63,351 nucleotides of DNA from an uncultured virus (IMG/VR IMGVR_UViG_2718217648_000002) (Duplodnaviria; Heunggongvirae; Uroviricota; Caudoviricetes). Positions 9,672-20,092 of this stretch are shown in pieces. Location of the stretch: positions 62,001 to 125,351 of the IMG/VR virus record IMGVR_UViG_2718217648_000002, one strand, 5' to 3'. Within the stretch, counting starts at the first letter, position 1; every line of letters starts with the position of its first letter. The notes under the pieces are model-generated. The model worked only from the letters and a program-made list of their open reading frames with translations, was not told where the DNA came from and ran no database searches. A program made the position numbers and the translations under genes.

Positions 9672-9871
9672 ATGCTGAAGTAAAGCGTGTTGAATATAAG
9701 CTGTGGTACGAAGTTAAGTACGGATGGAAGCATCTCAGTTTCGGCGCCAATGATGATAAAACTGCATTGGAATACGCAGAGGAATACGCAAAAAATAACT
9801 ACCTCATAAATTATAAGGTGGAAAAAATAACGAATGAGAGATTGTTTTGGACTGAGGAGGGCGCGGAATGA
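9668..9871 (+). CDS. Hypothetical phage protein
   Basis: Translationally coupled ORF with GGAGG RBS. Confidence 0.7.
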   Translation: MNAEVKRVEYKLWYEVKYGWKHLSFGANDDKTALEYAEEYAKNNYLINYKVEKITNERLFWTEEGAE

Positions 9872-10299
9872 GTAAGAGGTCTACCCTGTTATTAAGGAAT
9901 AGTGTGAAAGCAGGACAAAGAGAAAAATTCATTACAAATGGCATTCCCTATGATGAACTTGATACACAAATGATCAATTTAATTGATATTTTGAATTTCA
10001 TGATTGGATTGAAAACACGCCACTGTTGTTTTGGACATAAACCATATGAGGAAATTCAAGTAATGTTTGAAGAAGAAGTAAATTTAAAAGAAGATCAAAT
10101 TCTAGAGTTAGCGGAATTAGCAGGGAGAGAATGGAAAGGTCTTCAGTTAAGCTTTAGCAAATGGGCGAGATTTTCTCCATTGATGTTTAATTGGTCATTG
10201 GTACTATCGAAAAGATTTAGAGATCCAGAAGATCCAAATAAAAACCGTTAGCTAAGATCAGTTGAAGAATTCTTTGAGAGCTATGCTGCAAAGAAGTGA
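9868..10299 (+). pseudogene. Hypothetical protein with probable premature TAG at 10249-10251
   Basis: Frame continues LRSVEEFFESYAAKK to TGA 10297-10299, right before a junction motif. Confidence 0.5.
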
Positions 10300-10347
10300 T
10301 TAAAAGATGCATTTTAAACAAATAAAAATCAGAAAGGTTGATAGAAT

Positions 10348-12546
10348 TTGAGAACATTAGTGTTATTAAGAGGCTGCCCAGGAGTGGGGAAATCAACTTG
10401 GATCAAAGATAATGGACTTGAGCAATACACACTTTCTGCGGACAACATTAGGCTACTGTTTCAGTCACCTGTGTTAAACAAAAGTGGAAAATATGAAATC
10501 TCTCCGAAACACGATAACAAAGTGTGGGATTTATTAATGAAATTGCTTGAAGACAGGATGGATCGCGGCGAATTCACAATTGTCGATGCAACTCATTCAA
10601 AACAAAGTATGATTTCAAGATATAAGCCACTAGCTCAAAAATATAGATACCGTGTACATGTAGTTGATTTTTCTGATGTTGATGTTCGGAGAATCTTAAA
10701 AAGAAATAAAATGAGGGCTGAACATAAACATGTTCCTGAGAGTAGTATTCTAAATATTTATGAAAGAATGACAACAGAAAAAGTGCCATCTTGGGTAACT
10801 GTTCTAAAACCAGATGAGTTCGAAAACACGATGACTTATAAGCCAAGATGTTTTGACGATTATAAAAAGATCCATATTTTTGGAGATATTCATGGCTGCA
10901 ATACTGTGCTTCAAGAGTACTTAAACGGTGATTTAAATGAAAATGAACTATACATCTTTGTAGGAGATCTTATCGACAGAGGTATTGAAAATGCACAGCT
11001 GTTAGAATTCATGATCAAAATTAAAGATTATAAAAATGTGATTATTCTGGAAGGAAATCACGATAGATATATCAATATGTATGGGAATGATGAAGAAACA
11101 CCTAGCACCACATTTAACAACAAAACTAAACCTGAAATCGAACAATCCAACATTGATAAAAAAGACATTAGACAGTTGGCCAGGAAGTTTCATCAGTTAG
11201 CTTACTTTACATATAAAAACACTACATACATTGTAACTCATGGAGGAGTTTCAACCGTACCTGAAAATCTCTTGATGACCGCAACAACACAATTCATCAA
11301 TGGAGTTGGAGATTATTCAGACGATATTGATTATGAATTTGCAAATAATACTGCAGGTCAAAATGTTGTACAGATTCATGGACATAGAAACATGTACCGT
11401 CTGCCTGTGTTAGCAGCAGAAAGATCATATAACTTAGAAGGGCAAGTGGAAAGAGGAGGTCATCTTAGAGTCGTTACACTGTCTGAGAACGGAATTGAAA
11501 CGCATGAAGTGAAGAATAAAGTCTTTAAACAAATTTCAAGTGAAGTACAGAGTAACAGTGCAACTGTTGGAACAATTGATGAATTGATTTCACACTTACG
11601 TGGTCATGAATATGTGCAAGAGAATAAGATGCCAAACAATATCTCTTCATTTAATTTTACAAAGCAAGCATTTAGAAAGAAAAAGTGGGATGAAACAAAT
11701 ATTAAGGCAAGGGGATTGTTTATTAATACTGAGAGCAATGAAATTGTAAGCAGAAGCTATGATAAGTTCTTTAACATTGGGGAACGGTCTGAAACAAGAA
11801 TGCATCATCTCGTGGATACAATGAAGTTTCCAGTAACAGTCTTCGATAAGGCGAATGGATATTTAGGAACTGTAGGGTATGACTCTTTGTCAGATCAGTT
11901 GGTATTCACTTCTAAATCCTTTACGTCTCAATTAACAAGTGAACATGCAAAATGGGTTGAAGATATGTTTTTCAAGTCCTTTGATGAATTTAAAGTAAAT
12001 ATCATTAAAGATTATCTGAAGCTAAATAATGTTTCATTCGTTTTTGAAGTAACACTTCCAGAAAAAGATCCGCATATCATTGAATACAGTAAAGACAAAC
12101 TAGTCCTATTAGACATCGTAAAAAGGCAAATGACGTATGAAAAACTCCCTTATAGTGAAGTGAAGGCAGTTGCAGAGAGTCTTTCCATTGAGTGCAAAAA
12201 TCAAGTTGCAGAGTTTAGTAACTGGACAGATTTCTATAGATGGTATCTGGACGTGTCACAAGACTTTTCAATTGAGGAAGAGGGTTATGTAATTGAAGAT
12301 GATGCCGGCTTCATGACAAAACTTAAGCTCCCTTACTATAACTTTTGGAAACAAATGAGGGGATTAAAGCATAAGATCAGCAACAAACATGAGCATACGG
12401 TTAATACAGGAAGCCTTTACACTCCTTTGCATAATAGATTTTTTGCATGGGCTAAGACAAAGGACAGAGGATATCTAAAGTCAACCTCCATTATCAAGTT
12501 GAGAAATGATTTTGAAAAAGAAACTGTGGTAATGGAATCCAGATGA
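10348..12546 (+). CDS. Polynucleotide kinase-phosphoesterase-RNA ligase fusion (RNA repair)
   Basis: N-terminal P-loop GCPGVGKST; metallophosphoesterase GDIHG/GDLIDRG/GNHD/HGH; C-terminal SYDKFFN, KANG, EGYV (Rnl1-like ligase). Confidence 0.85.
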   Translation: MRTLVLLRGCPGVGKSTWIKDNGLEQYTLSADNIRLLFQSPVLNKSGKYEISPKHDNKVWDLLMKLLEDRMDRGEFTIVDATHSKQSMISRYKPLAQKYRYRVHVVDFSDVDVRRILKRNKMRAEHKHVPESSILNIYERMTTEKVPSWVTVLKPDEFENTMTYKPRCFDDYKKIHIFGDIHGCNTVLQEYLNGDLNENELYIFVGDLIDRGIENAQLLEFMIKIKDYKNVIILEGNHDRYINMYGNDEETPSTTFNNKTKPEIEQSNIDKKDIRQLARKFHQLAYFTYKNTTYIVTHGGVSTVPENLLMTATTQFINGVGDYSDDIDYEFANNTAGQNVVQIHGHRNMYRLPVLAAERSYNLEGQVERGGHLRVVTLSENGIETHEVKNKVFKQISSEVQSNSATVGTIDELISHLRGHEYVQENKMPNNISSFNFTKQAFRKKKWDETNIKARGLFINTESNEIVSRSYDKFFNIGERSETRMHHLVDTMKFPVTVFDKANGYLGTVGYDSLSDQLVFTSKSFTSQLTSEHAKWVEDMFFKSFDEFKVNIIKDYLKLNNVSFVFEVTLPEKDPHIIEYSKDKLVLLDIVKRQMTYEKLPYSEVKAVAESLSIECKNQVAEFSNWTDFYRWYLDVSQDFSIEEEGYVIEDDAGFMTKLKLPYYNFWKQMRGLKHKISNKHEHTVNTGSLYTPLHNRFFAWAKTKDRGYLKSTSIIKLRNDFEKETVVMESR

Positions 12547-12591
12547 ATTCAAGATAAAAGTAAAATTTTAAAGAGAAAGGTTGATGGGAAG

Positions 12592-12795
12592 ATGAAATTT
12601 GCACCAATGGATAAAGTTAAATTTAAAACAGCTAGCCATTTCAACAAACTTCGAACATTTAAAAAAAGAGTTCCTGAATTTGACGATCCTTTACTCGGTG
12701 ATTGCTGGGAATTTGAAGAAGATGGGTTAAAACAATTTGATTGGGAGGAGAATTACGAATTTGTCGCTAGGCCCAAACATTTTAATTGGGATTAA
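12592..12795 (+). CDS. Hypothetical phage protein
   Basis: ORF with RBS. Confidence 0.6.
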   Translation: MKFAPMDKVKFKTASHFNKLRTFKKRVPEFDDPLLGDCWEFEEDGLKQFDWEENYEFVARPKHFNWD

Positions 12796-12840
12796 AAATA
12801 GGATCTAATTGAGTTTTTAATGAAAAGGAGCTGTTATAAA

Positions 12841-13076
12841 GTGAAAGATATCCGAGTTGTTTATGACAGAAACAAAACTTTAGAAGCGGTCGTTGTCCAG
12901 TTTGGAGCTATATGTGTGAGCTAGTAGAATCGCAATTAATTGATGAAGAAACTAAAGAATTCGACGTACTTAATGATGAATATCAAGGAATTTGGAAATA
13001 TGAAAAAGGGCAACACTGCGAAGTCGAAATTTATGATGGGGTAGACAAGTGGGTTTGTCAAGCATTATTAAACTGA
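12841..13076 (+). pseudogene. Probable frameshifted small gene
   Basis: RBS AAGGAG + GTG frame stops at about 12924; another frame continues ELVESQLIDEE...QALLN to TGA. Confidence 0.4.
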
Positions 13077-13124
13077 ATAAAAAGTAAAATGTTCTTCAGA
13101 TGATATAAAGGAGGGGAAATAAAG

Positions 13125-13463
13125 ATGAGGGAATCACAATTAAGGGAAGAAAATGAAAATTTGAAAAGGCAAGTAGATCATATGAAAGAAGTCTATAAAG
13201 AAAATATGCATCTTCATATGGCAGTAAGACAAGGTGAACAGTTAAAAGCTAACCTACAAGCTTATTTACGACAAGATGACCGAGTATATAGTCCCCATTT
13301 CATTACACCAAAACAAAAACAATATATCGCAAATTTGTTCAAAAAACATGGCTTGTCTCCACTCAGTAAAGCAAAACGAAAAATAGTTAGGCGTTTTAAT
13401 GGGGGCGGTCTGCTTTCAGAGCACGAAGCACATCAAATTATACAAATGTATGAAAGAAAGTAA
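13125..13463 (+). CDS. Hypothetical phage protein
   Basis: ORF with GGAGG RBS. Confidence 0.75.
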   Translation: MRESQLREENENLKRQVDHMKEVYKENMHLHMAVRQGEQLKANLQAYLRQDDRVYSPHFITPKQKQYIANLFKKHGLSPLSKAKRKIVRRFNGGGLLSEHEAHQIIQMYERK

Positions 13464-13617
13464 TGTTAATCTTGACTTGGCTGGTTCAACTGTAAACAAG
13501 AAGGAAAGAGATTTTTAATTGTAGTTATACAGTCACAATAAAAAGACTGTTTTAAAGAAAGGGTGAGAACCGATAGTCACTTTCAAAAAACTTAGTGATC
13601 CTGAATATATTAAGCAG

Positions 13618-14244
13618 ATGGAAATTGAAAGAAATGAACGTGAGCGGATATATCAAAAAAAGGAGACTTTAAGAAAGAAAACGGTGTGCTTCACTGGTCA
13701 TAGGCCGAACAAATTGGGTGGATACGATATGAAAAATCCAACAATGCTTAAACTCAAAGATAAGCTGCTTGAAGTAATTGAAGAATTAATCACTAAGGAA
13801 AACAAGTCCAGTTTCATAACTGGTGGAGTGTTAGGAACTGATCAGGCTGCTTGCTGGTGTGTACATATTCTAAAGAAGAAATACCCACATATTAAAAACA
13901 TAATTGCAACACCTTTCAAAGAACAAGATAAAGTGTGGTCTGAAGAACAAAAAATGTGGTACAAACGTATGCTTGATGTGGCAGATGAGATTATTAATGT
14001 TGAAGAATTAGATAAATATAAAGTTAGTGGAGCTGTACCAGGTGAGTTTTCACCGGCTAAAATGCAAAAACGAAATGAATACATGATTGATCACAGTGAA
14101 GCAATAGTAGCTGTTTATGACGGAAGTATAAGTGGGACAAGGAACTGTCTGAATTACGCTAGGAAAACATACTTAGGACATCAAATTTGGAGGCTGCATC
14201 CGAAATGTGATTTTGAATTGGATATAAGCTATACGCCTGAATGA
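13618..14244 (+). CDS. SLOG/YspA (DUF1273)-family protein
   Basis: CFTGHRP, ITGG.LGTDQ, MQKRNEYMID, YDG..SGT motifs. Confidence 0.8.
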   Translation: MEIERNERERIYQKKETLRKKTVCFTGHRPNKLGGYDMKNPTMLKLKDKLLEVIEELITKENKSSFITGGVLGTDQAACWCVHILKKKYPHIKNIIATPFKEQDKVWSEEQKMWYKRMLDVADEIINVEELDKYKVSGAVPGEFSPAKMQKRNEYMIDHSEAIVAVYDGSISGTRNCLNYARKTYLGHQIWRLHPKCDFELDISYTPE

Positions 14245-14257
14245 GGAGGGATATAAC

Positions 14258-14521
14258 ATGAGTGAATTTAAAATTGTGAATTTAGATGGAGTTAATTGGG
14301 GATCGCATAATGACGACACGTTAGATTTCAAAGAATTGATTACAGGAGGAACGATTGCAGTAGGCGACGTTGTTAAAGTTGAAGGACGGGGCGATTGCCC
14401 ACTTCCTCTAAGGGAGAACCAACTTTGCATAACATTTAACAAAGAAAATGAGTTGTTTCTTGAAGAACCATTCACCCAAGAAGAATGCAAATCATTATTC
14501 GGATCAGATTTTAGCTACTAA
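14258..14521 (+). CDS. Hypothetical phage protein
   Basis: ORF with GGAGG RBS. Confidence 0.7.
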   Translation: MSEFKIVNLDGVNWGSHNDDTLDFKELITGGTIAVGDVVKVEGRGDCPLPLRENQLCITFNKENELFLEEPFTQEECKSLFGSDFSY

Positions 14522-14565
14522 GCAATTACTTTAAAAGGATTATTTCAATGAAATGAGGTGGGAAT

Positions 14566-14748
14566 TTGAGTGAGAACTATAAAGATCCGAGACAAGTTGC
14601 GCTTGAGCTTGTAAAGAAAGCAAGTGATCAGATTCGCTATACCAATGATGATGAATTTACATTTGAAGTGGTTGATAAATTGGAGGAAATTGAGGATATG
14701 CTTAAGAAAGATATTGATAAAGAAAAGAAGAATTCATTGAAAAATTAG
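14566..14748 (+). CDS. Hypothetical phage protein
   Basis: ORF with GAGGTG RBS. Confidence 0.65.
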   Translation: MSENYKDPRQVALELVKKASDQIRYTNDDEFTFEVVDKLEEIEDMLKKDIDKEKKNSLKN

Positions 14749-14906
14749 TTGAAAGGATGTCGTTAGCATAGGATACATCAAATACATAATTGATACAGCC
14801 TGGTTTAACTTAGTTTGGTTTAAGTGGCATCTTGGAGCGGATATAAGCATATTTGATGGCTGCGGATGGAATACATATAAATATTTAAAGGGTAAAAATA
14901 AAATAA

Positions 14907-15137
14907 GTGGAGGTTATAAAGATGATAAAGAGGAATCTGCTTAGCAACCACGTTGATGAGATTATTGGTGAATATTACGCTGCTAAAGGATATTCAGTCC
15001 ATAGCATTGACCGCCAGGAAAATGGACAACTGATCGTTGTTACAGAGCGAGTAGCAGAGGAGAAGGAACCGGCACAAGTCGATATTGCGTTTGATTTTGT
15101 ACATAGAAGACCACATAAGAAGAAGTATTTAGCTTAA
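14907..15137 (+). CDS. Hypothetical phage protein (start probably ATG 14922)
   Basis: ORF, GGAGG RBS; position of yoqN. Confidence 0.65.
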   Translation: MEVIKMIKRNLLSNHVDEIIGEYYAAKGYSVHSIDRQENGQLIVVTERVAEEKEPAQVDIAFDFVHRRPHKKKYLA

Positions 15138-15150
15138 AAACGGCAAAGAG

Positions 15151-15525
15151 TCAAAGCTCTTTACCATCAGGTGATTTCTTTAACCGATTCGCAATGTACT
15201 TCATTACGTTTACTGCAATCGACACTAATGCAATAATCAATGCTATTTCAAATAAGAGGATGTATCCAAAATTCACATTAAGCTTTTCAAAGTAATCGCT
15301 GGTAATAGAGAGGATTTTATAAATCCCTAGCATAAAAACAATAAAGGAAACACCTAAAATTACAAGTGACTTTATAGAATAATCTTTAGTATGTTCAAAA
15401 TTATAGATAATTATTGATACAAATAACAAACCCGTAGCAATCTTTTGGGTTAGCGAATCATCGGCCGAAAATGATTGCACTACTATGCTGATGATTAATC
15501 CAGCAATACCGATTGTTTTATTCAA
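15151..15525 (-). CDS. yoqO: YoqO-like membrane protein
   Basis: 124 aa from TTG, four hydrophobic segments, antisense orientation as in SPbeta. Confidence 0.65.
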   Translation of the reverse strand: MNKTIGIAGLIISIVVQSFSADDSLTQKIATGLLFVSIIIYNFEHTKDYSIKSLVILGVSFIVFMLGIYKILSITSDYFEKLNVNFGYILLFEIALIIALVSIAVNVMKYIANRLKKSPDGKEL

Positions 15526-15639
15526 GGAATCACCCACTCGTATGTAAGTTAGGTATGAGTTTACCAATTAAAGGGGATTTTCTCAAGGCAATACACATTA
15601 AAGTTAAATTAAAATGCTTTTTAAGAAAGGGGTGGAAAC

Positions 15640-15804
15640 ATGCTTGGTTATCAGAAAGGGCAGCAAGTAAGATGGCATGAAAATGGGGAAATGGGAATTA
15701 TATTGTGGGTGACAAATCAAGGCTCTGTAGGTGTTAAATGGAGCTCGGGTGAATACGGTGAATACAATTATAAAGTTGATGAGTTATTACTGTTAACAGA
15801 TTAG
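15640..15804 (+). CDS. 54-aa hypothetical protein
   Basis: MLGYQKGQQVRWHENG...; RBS GGGGTGG. Confidence 0.6.
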   Translation: MLGYQKGQQVRWHENGEMGIILWVTNQGSVGVKWSSGEYGEYNYKVDELLLLTD

Positions 15805-15893
15805 TATCTTACCCAAAAGTGTGAACGCATGACAGCAAGAAAAAGGTTTAGTCTACATAAAATCGTGATTTTAAACAGAATAGGAGGAAACGA

Positions 15894-16418
15894 ATGAATC
15901 AAGATATTCAGTTTTTAAAAGAACTTCAGCAAGAGTTGAAAAATCAAGACAACGACGGACAAGCTGCACCACGTTTCTGGACAGTTGGTGATTATGAATG
16001 GGTCGAAGCTCGAGAGGAAAATGCAGAACGGTATTCTGTATACCTGCCATATATTGCAGAAGCATATGTTTTAGATGATTATTTGGAAGATTTAAAAGAA
16101 GATAGTGAGCTATCTAAGGAAGCATTAACAGAGTTGAAAAATGACGACTTTGATGATCCTATTGAGTGGATTCAAAAATACATTGATGAAGAAGCAGAAT
16201 TAATTCCAGAAAGAAAGGTTCATATTGTACGGCCGGATACAATGTTTTTGACCAAAGAAGAAGCGAAGAGCCACATCAATTTGAACAAGCATCACTACAC
16301 TTCAGAAGCTCATACTTATGCAATGACAGCTTGGAGGGCACCAAAAGTAGAGCAGTTGCTTAACATACTTGAAACGTTTGATTGGAATTCAATTAAAGAC
16401 AGTCAATACAATCTATAA
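15894..16418 (+). CDS. Hypothetical phage protein
   Basis: ORF with GGAGG RBS; QDNDGQAAPRFW / HTYAMTAWRAP motifs. Confidence 0.8.
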   Translation: MNQDIQFLKELQQELKNQDNDGQAAPRFWTVGDYEWVEAREENAERYSVYLPYIAEAYVLDDYLEDLKEDSELSKEALTELKNDDFDDPIEWIQKYIDEEAELIPERKVHIVRPDTMFLTKEEAKSHINLNKHHYTSEAHTYAMTAWRAPKVEQLLNILETFDWNSIKDSQYNL

Positions 16419-16429
16419 GGGGTGGGAAA

Positions 16430-16738
16430 ATGAATACATATGTAGTTACAAAAGAAACTGAAAATTATCTATATGAAATAAATAAACAAATTGTTTATGC
16501 CGGTAATAATAAAGATGCTGCCTTTGGTCATAAACCTGAAACAAGTGAGAGCAGACTAATTTTAGACGTCTGGTTTAATGGCCTAATTGTTAAATCATTC
16601 AGCAGAAATCCTAATGGAAACTGGCGCGTTTTATTTGATAAAATGGCAATCGCGAAGAAAGAAGTTGAAGACTACAGCAGAAAATTAAACAAGGCACAAG
16701 AGCTTGTAGAGATGATAGAGAGAGCTGAACAAGTCTAG
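16430..16738 (+). CDS. Hypothetical phage protein
   Basis: ORF with RBS. Confidence 0.7.
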   Translation: MNTYVVTKETENYLYEINKQIVYAGNNKDAAFGHKPETSESRLILDVWFNGLIVKSFSRNPNGNWRVLFDKMAIAKKEVEDYSRKLNKAQELVEMIERAEQV

Positions 16739-16778
16739 ATAAAAGATAATTTTTAATCAGTTATTAGGAGGAAACGAA

Positions 16779-17282
16779 ATGAACGTAAATATTAAACGGT
16801 TATCACCGGACGCACAGATTCCGGCTTATGCGCACGCAACGGACGCCGGCTTCGATTTAGTGGCGTCAGAGGACGTTATTATCGAACCGGGCTGGGCAGA
16901 GCTTGTGCCGACGGGTTTGGCGTTCGAGATTCCGGAGGGATACGAAATGCAAATCCGTCCGCGATCAGGCATTACGCTGAATACTAGACTGCGTGTGCAA
17001 CTCGGAACAGTTGATTCGGGCTATCGAGGAGAGGTCGGAGTAATCGTCGACAATATAAATCGTTATACAGATATTGAAAAGGACTTTCTTTTCGATATCA
17101 GAGATAAAATCGTCAGTGCTCTCGATTACCTCGGAGCTTGGGATCATTTTGCGAAAGGTTCGTACATCATCCGAAAAGGCGATCGCATCGCGCAAGCCGT
17201 TATCAAGCCGGTCGAGCAGGTGGTATTTACGGAAGTCATTACGCTCGGCGATAGCGATCAGAATACGAGTCAGTTAATTTAA
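16779..17282 (+). CDS. dut: Trimeric dUTPase lacking C-terminal motif V
   Basis: AGFDL, PRSG, GTVDSGYRGE, GDRIAQ present; RGxGGFGS absent. Confidence 0.85.
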   Translation: MNVNIKRLSPDAQIPAYAHATDAGFDLVASEDVIIEPGWAELVPTGLAFEIPEGYEMQIRPRSGITLNTRLRVQLGTVDSGYRGEVGVIVDNINRYTDIEKDFLFDIRDKIVSALDYLGAWDHFAKGSYIIRKGDRIAQAVIKPVEQVVFTEVITLGDSDQNTSQLI

Positions 17283-17431
17283 AGTCTGAATCGACGCTTT
17301 TCCTCAAAGTCTTCGGGATACTCATTCTGCTTTGACTTGGACTTGAATACAAACCAAATTATAGCACCTAGTGAATAATCCATGACTTTATCAAAAATCC
17401 AAGTTGTGAAGAGATCCATAAGAATTTTCAT
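17279..17431 (-). CDS. 50-aa small membrane protein (YoqT-like)
   Basis: MKILMDLFTTWIFDKVMDYSLGAIIWFVFKSKSKQNEYPEDFEEKRRFRL; RBS GGGAGGTGA. Confidence 0.7.
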   Translation of the reverse strand: MKILMDLFTTWIFDKVMDYSLGAIIWFVFKSKSKQNEYPEDFEEKRRFRL

Positions 17432-17737
17432 TGCATTTCACCTCCCGAGACAAAAATGTCCTATCTCTCTTAGATGGCATGTGTATGACACGCATCTATT
17501 AATAAAAGAGTGAAAAGTAATATGAAAATCAAAAAAGAATTGAAAAAAATAAAAAAGAGGTGAAAAAATGATCAAACAAGAACGAGAAGATTATATAAGC
17601 AGGCTTGATGAATATGGATTGACAGAAGAAGGGGATGAGGGAATGACGAATATTTTGAATGATTTTGTAGGCTATGACATTTGGTGATTATTTATGAATA
17701 AAAATAAAATAGTTATTTATAGAAGGGAAGGGCGCAG

Positions 17738-18145
17738 ATGGCAACAGCAGAGCAATTGAAACGAATGAACGACATAAACGATTTGATCAAGCTTATCGCA
17801 AGTATTGATAGATGTACTTTCTACTGTAAGTCAAAGAATCGGATAGCGTATTTCAGATTTAAGAAAAAACTGTTCTTCGTTGATGATTACACGGGCGCTG
17901 ACGTTTACCCATATGAATTGGGATACGGGCGTGCAAATGGTTTTTCGCATGGGGGCAACATGTGGCAACTAGTCAACAGCTTCAGAAAATTCATCATAAC
18001 AGGGAAATACGGCGAGCTGAGGGATTATAAAGAAATATGGGCTTACAGCTATGAAGGTTGTATGAAAATCCGTCAGAAGGCGAAGGAGATCGGTTTCATT
18101 GAAAGTGTTGATTACCCCTACAGCTTTGCTGAATGGGCAAGTTAA
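17738..18145 (+). CDS. Hypothetical phage protein (YoqU-like)
   Basis: ORF, convergent with ligB as in SPbeta. Confidence 0.75.
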   Translation: MATAEQLKRMNDINDLIKLIASIDRCTFYCKSKNRIAYFRFKKKLFFVDDYTGADVYPYELGYGRANGFSHGGNMWQLVNSFRKFIITGKYGELRDYKEIWAYSYEGCMKIRQKAKEIGFIESVDYPYSFAEWAS

Positions 18146-18218
18146 ACTAATTGATTCATGTACTAAATTTTCATCAAAATTAATTAACTTTGAGCTAAGG
18201 AATTATGTAACGGAGAGA

Positions 18219-19031
18219 TTAGACTCTCCAGGATTCAAAGGAAGGTATGCGGAGTTTACCATGCTTAGTCTTAAATCTGTGCTTAACCTTACATAAGATC
18301 GGTTCTACAAATATATATTCGTCAGTTTCAGACTTTACATGTTTCATAGAGTGGAATTTACTTCGTTCTGCGTTCGGCATGAATTCCATTATTCCGGCTG
18401 CAGTACCATCAGGATAAGACAGAAGAAATTTTATATCCTCTTTGGTGTAGCCGGTGATAAGCACATCTGTGTAATCATAATTAATCACTTTCAGCCAGCT
18501 ATGGGAACGTTTATTGATTTCATAAGGGGAGTTAGCTTTCTTTAGTACGATTCCTTCAAGATGCTTTTCTTTGGCCAGATTAAAGTAAGCTAATCCGTTT
18601 CCTTGTAGACCTTCGATTACAAATACATTATCATGGTCAAGGTTTAGGTCTGAAAGCATACTCTTACGTTCAGTGAGTGGCTTAGTAGCGATTGAATGAC
18701 CATCAATATAAACTACATCGAATACACAGTAAACCACCTTATGAGCTGATTTCTTAGACATAAAGCGTTCCATAACAGCTTCGAAATCTGGAGCACCGCC
18801 TGGGGCAGCTACAATGATTTCACCATCTAAAACAGTTCCATTGGGTATATTAAGATCTAACAGTTCTGGGAACTTGCTTGTTACTTCGTTGTTGTGACGA
18901 GTATAAAGCTTTATCTGATCATTAAACTTGGAGAGGATCAGTCTAATTCCATCAAACTTCAGCTCGGTAATATAATCATCGTCATCAAATGGTTCTTTGA
19001 TTGAATGCAATAACATTGGCGATACAAACAA
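18219..19031 (-). CDS. ligB: ATP-dependent DNA ligase
   Basis: ELKFDGIR, LDGE, EGIVLK motifs; 270 aa. Confidence 0.92.
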   Translation of the reverse strand: MFVSPMLLHSIKEPFDDDDYITELKFDGIRLILSKFNDQIKLYTRHNNEVTSKFPELLDLNIPNGTVLDGEIIVAAPGGAPDFEAVMERFMSKKSAHKVVYCVFDVVYIDGHSIATKPLTERKSMLSDLNLDHDNVFVIEGLQGNGLAYFNLAKEKHLEGIVLKKANSPYEINKRSHSWLKVINYDYTDVLITGYTKEDIKFLLSYPDGTAAGIMEFMPNAERSKFHSMKHVKSETDEYIFVEPILCKVKHRFKTKHGKLRIPSFESWRV

Positions 19032-19100
19032 AATATCACCTCCTACTTAGAACATAATAGCTAAGCGAAGGTGATATATAAAGCAAAATGACTGTGGTAC

Positions 19101-19775
19101 TTAATGGGATTCAATCAGTTCCGGTGAGTTGTTTTTAGGCGAGTTAACTAAGGATGAAACTTGATAAGCTTCCATGTCATCAGCATCATACGGAAGCAGT
19201 AAGCTTTGAAGATAATCAGGATCGGTGTTTTTGGGGTTTAGCCATTCCTTTTCGTTCTTGTCAGTAAGAATGACCGGCATCCGATCATGGATGTCCTCCA
19301 TCAACTCATTGGGTTTTGTAGTAATGATTGTGCAGGTATATAGCGGATTGCCTTCTGGCGTATTCCACTTTTCATATAAGCCGGCAAATGCAAAGAGGTT
19401 GGATGATTTAAGTTTAATCCTCATAGGAACCTTAGTCTTTGGGTCAAGACGCTTCCATTCATAAAAACTGTCCGCAGGGATGATGCAACGTTTGCTAACA
19501 AGCGGTTTTCTGAAGCAAAGTTTCTCGGCCAATGTTTCAGCTCGAGCATTGATCATTTTATAGCCGATCTTTTCATCTTTAGCCCAAGGAGGGATAAGAC
19601 CCCATCTTAGCTTACCCAGACGGTTGTTTGATCCATCATTAATGATTGTCAGGATGTTCTGTGAAGGAGCTACATTATAACTTGGATGGTATGCGTCTTC
19701 AGACAAAAATTGATCTATATTGAACTGTTCGATGATGTCGTCAAACTCAGAAAATAAAGTGAACCTGCCACACAT
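19101..19775 (-). CDS. yoqW: SRAP/HMCES-family abasic-site protein
   Basis: MCGRF start, INARAET, FYEW, IHDRMP. Confidence 0.92.
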   Translation of the reverse strand: MCGRFTLFSEFDDIIEQFNIDQFLSEDAYHPSYNVAPSQNILTIINDGSNNRLGKLRWGLIPPWAKDEKIGYKMINARAETLAEKLCFRKPLVSKRCIIPADSFYEWKRLDPKTKVPMRIKLKSSNLFAFAGLYEKWNTPEGNPLYTCTIITTKPNELMEDIHDRMPVILTDKNEKEWLNPKNTDPDYLQSLLLPYDADDMEAYQVSSLVNSPKNNSPELIESH

Positions 19776-19846
19776 GTTCATCATCCTTTAGGGTTTTTTG
19801 AATATTGTACAGGCTTGATACACGAAAATCAAAAAGGAGGAATGTG

Positions 19847-20092
19847 ATGCAGCGGCAAACAGTTGAGGTAAAAGAAGTTGTAGTGTTGATCAGAGGGATA
19901 TGGACAAAGAAGAAGTTCACGGATATTGAAAAGGGGCAAACCTTTAAGATTGTGGAGAATGGAAGAGTAAAGAAATACATAGCAAGAACAGATCCTTATT
20001 GGGATGAGATGTACGAAGCCTACATAATTGATTTATTTGATAAAAATAAAATAAGTGGATGTGAGAATAATGGCGATCAATTTAAAGATTAG
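19847..20092 (+). CDS. Hypothetical phage protein
   Basis: ORF with AGGAGG RBS. Confidence 0.65.
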   Translation: MQRQTVEVKEVVVLIRGIWTKKKFTDIEKGQTFKIVENGRVKKYIARTDPYWDEMYEAYIIDLFDKNKISGCENNGDQFKD

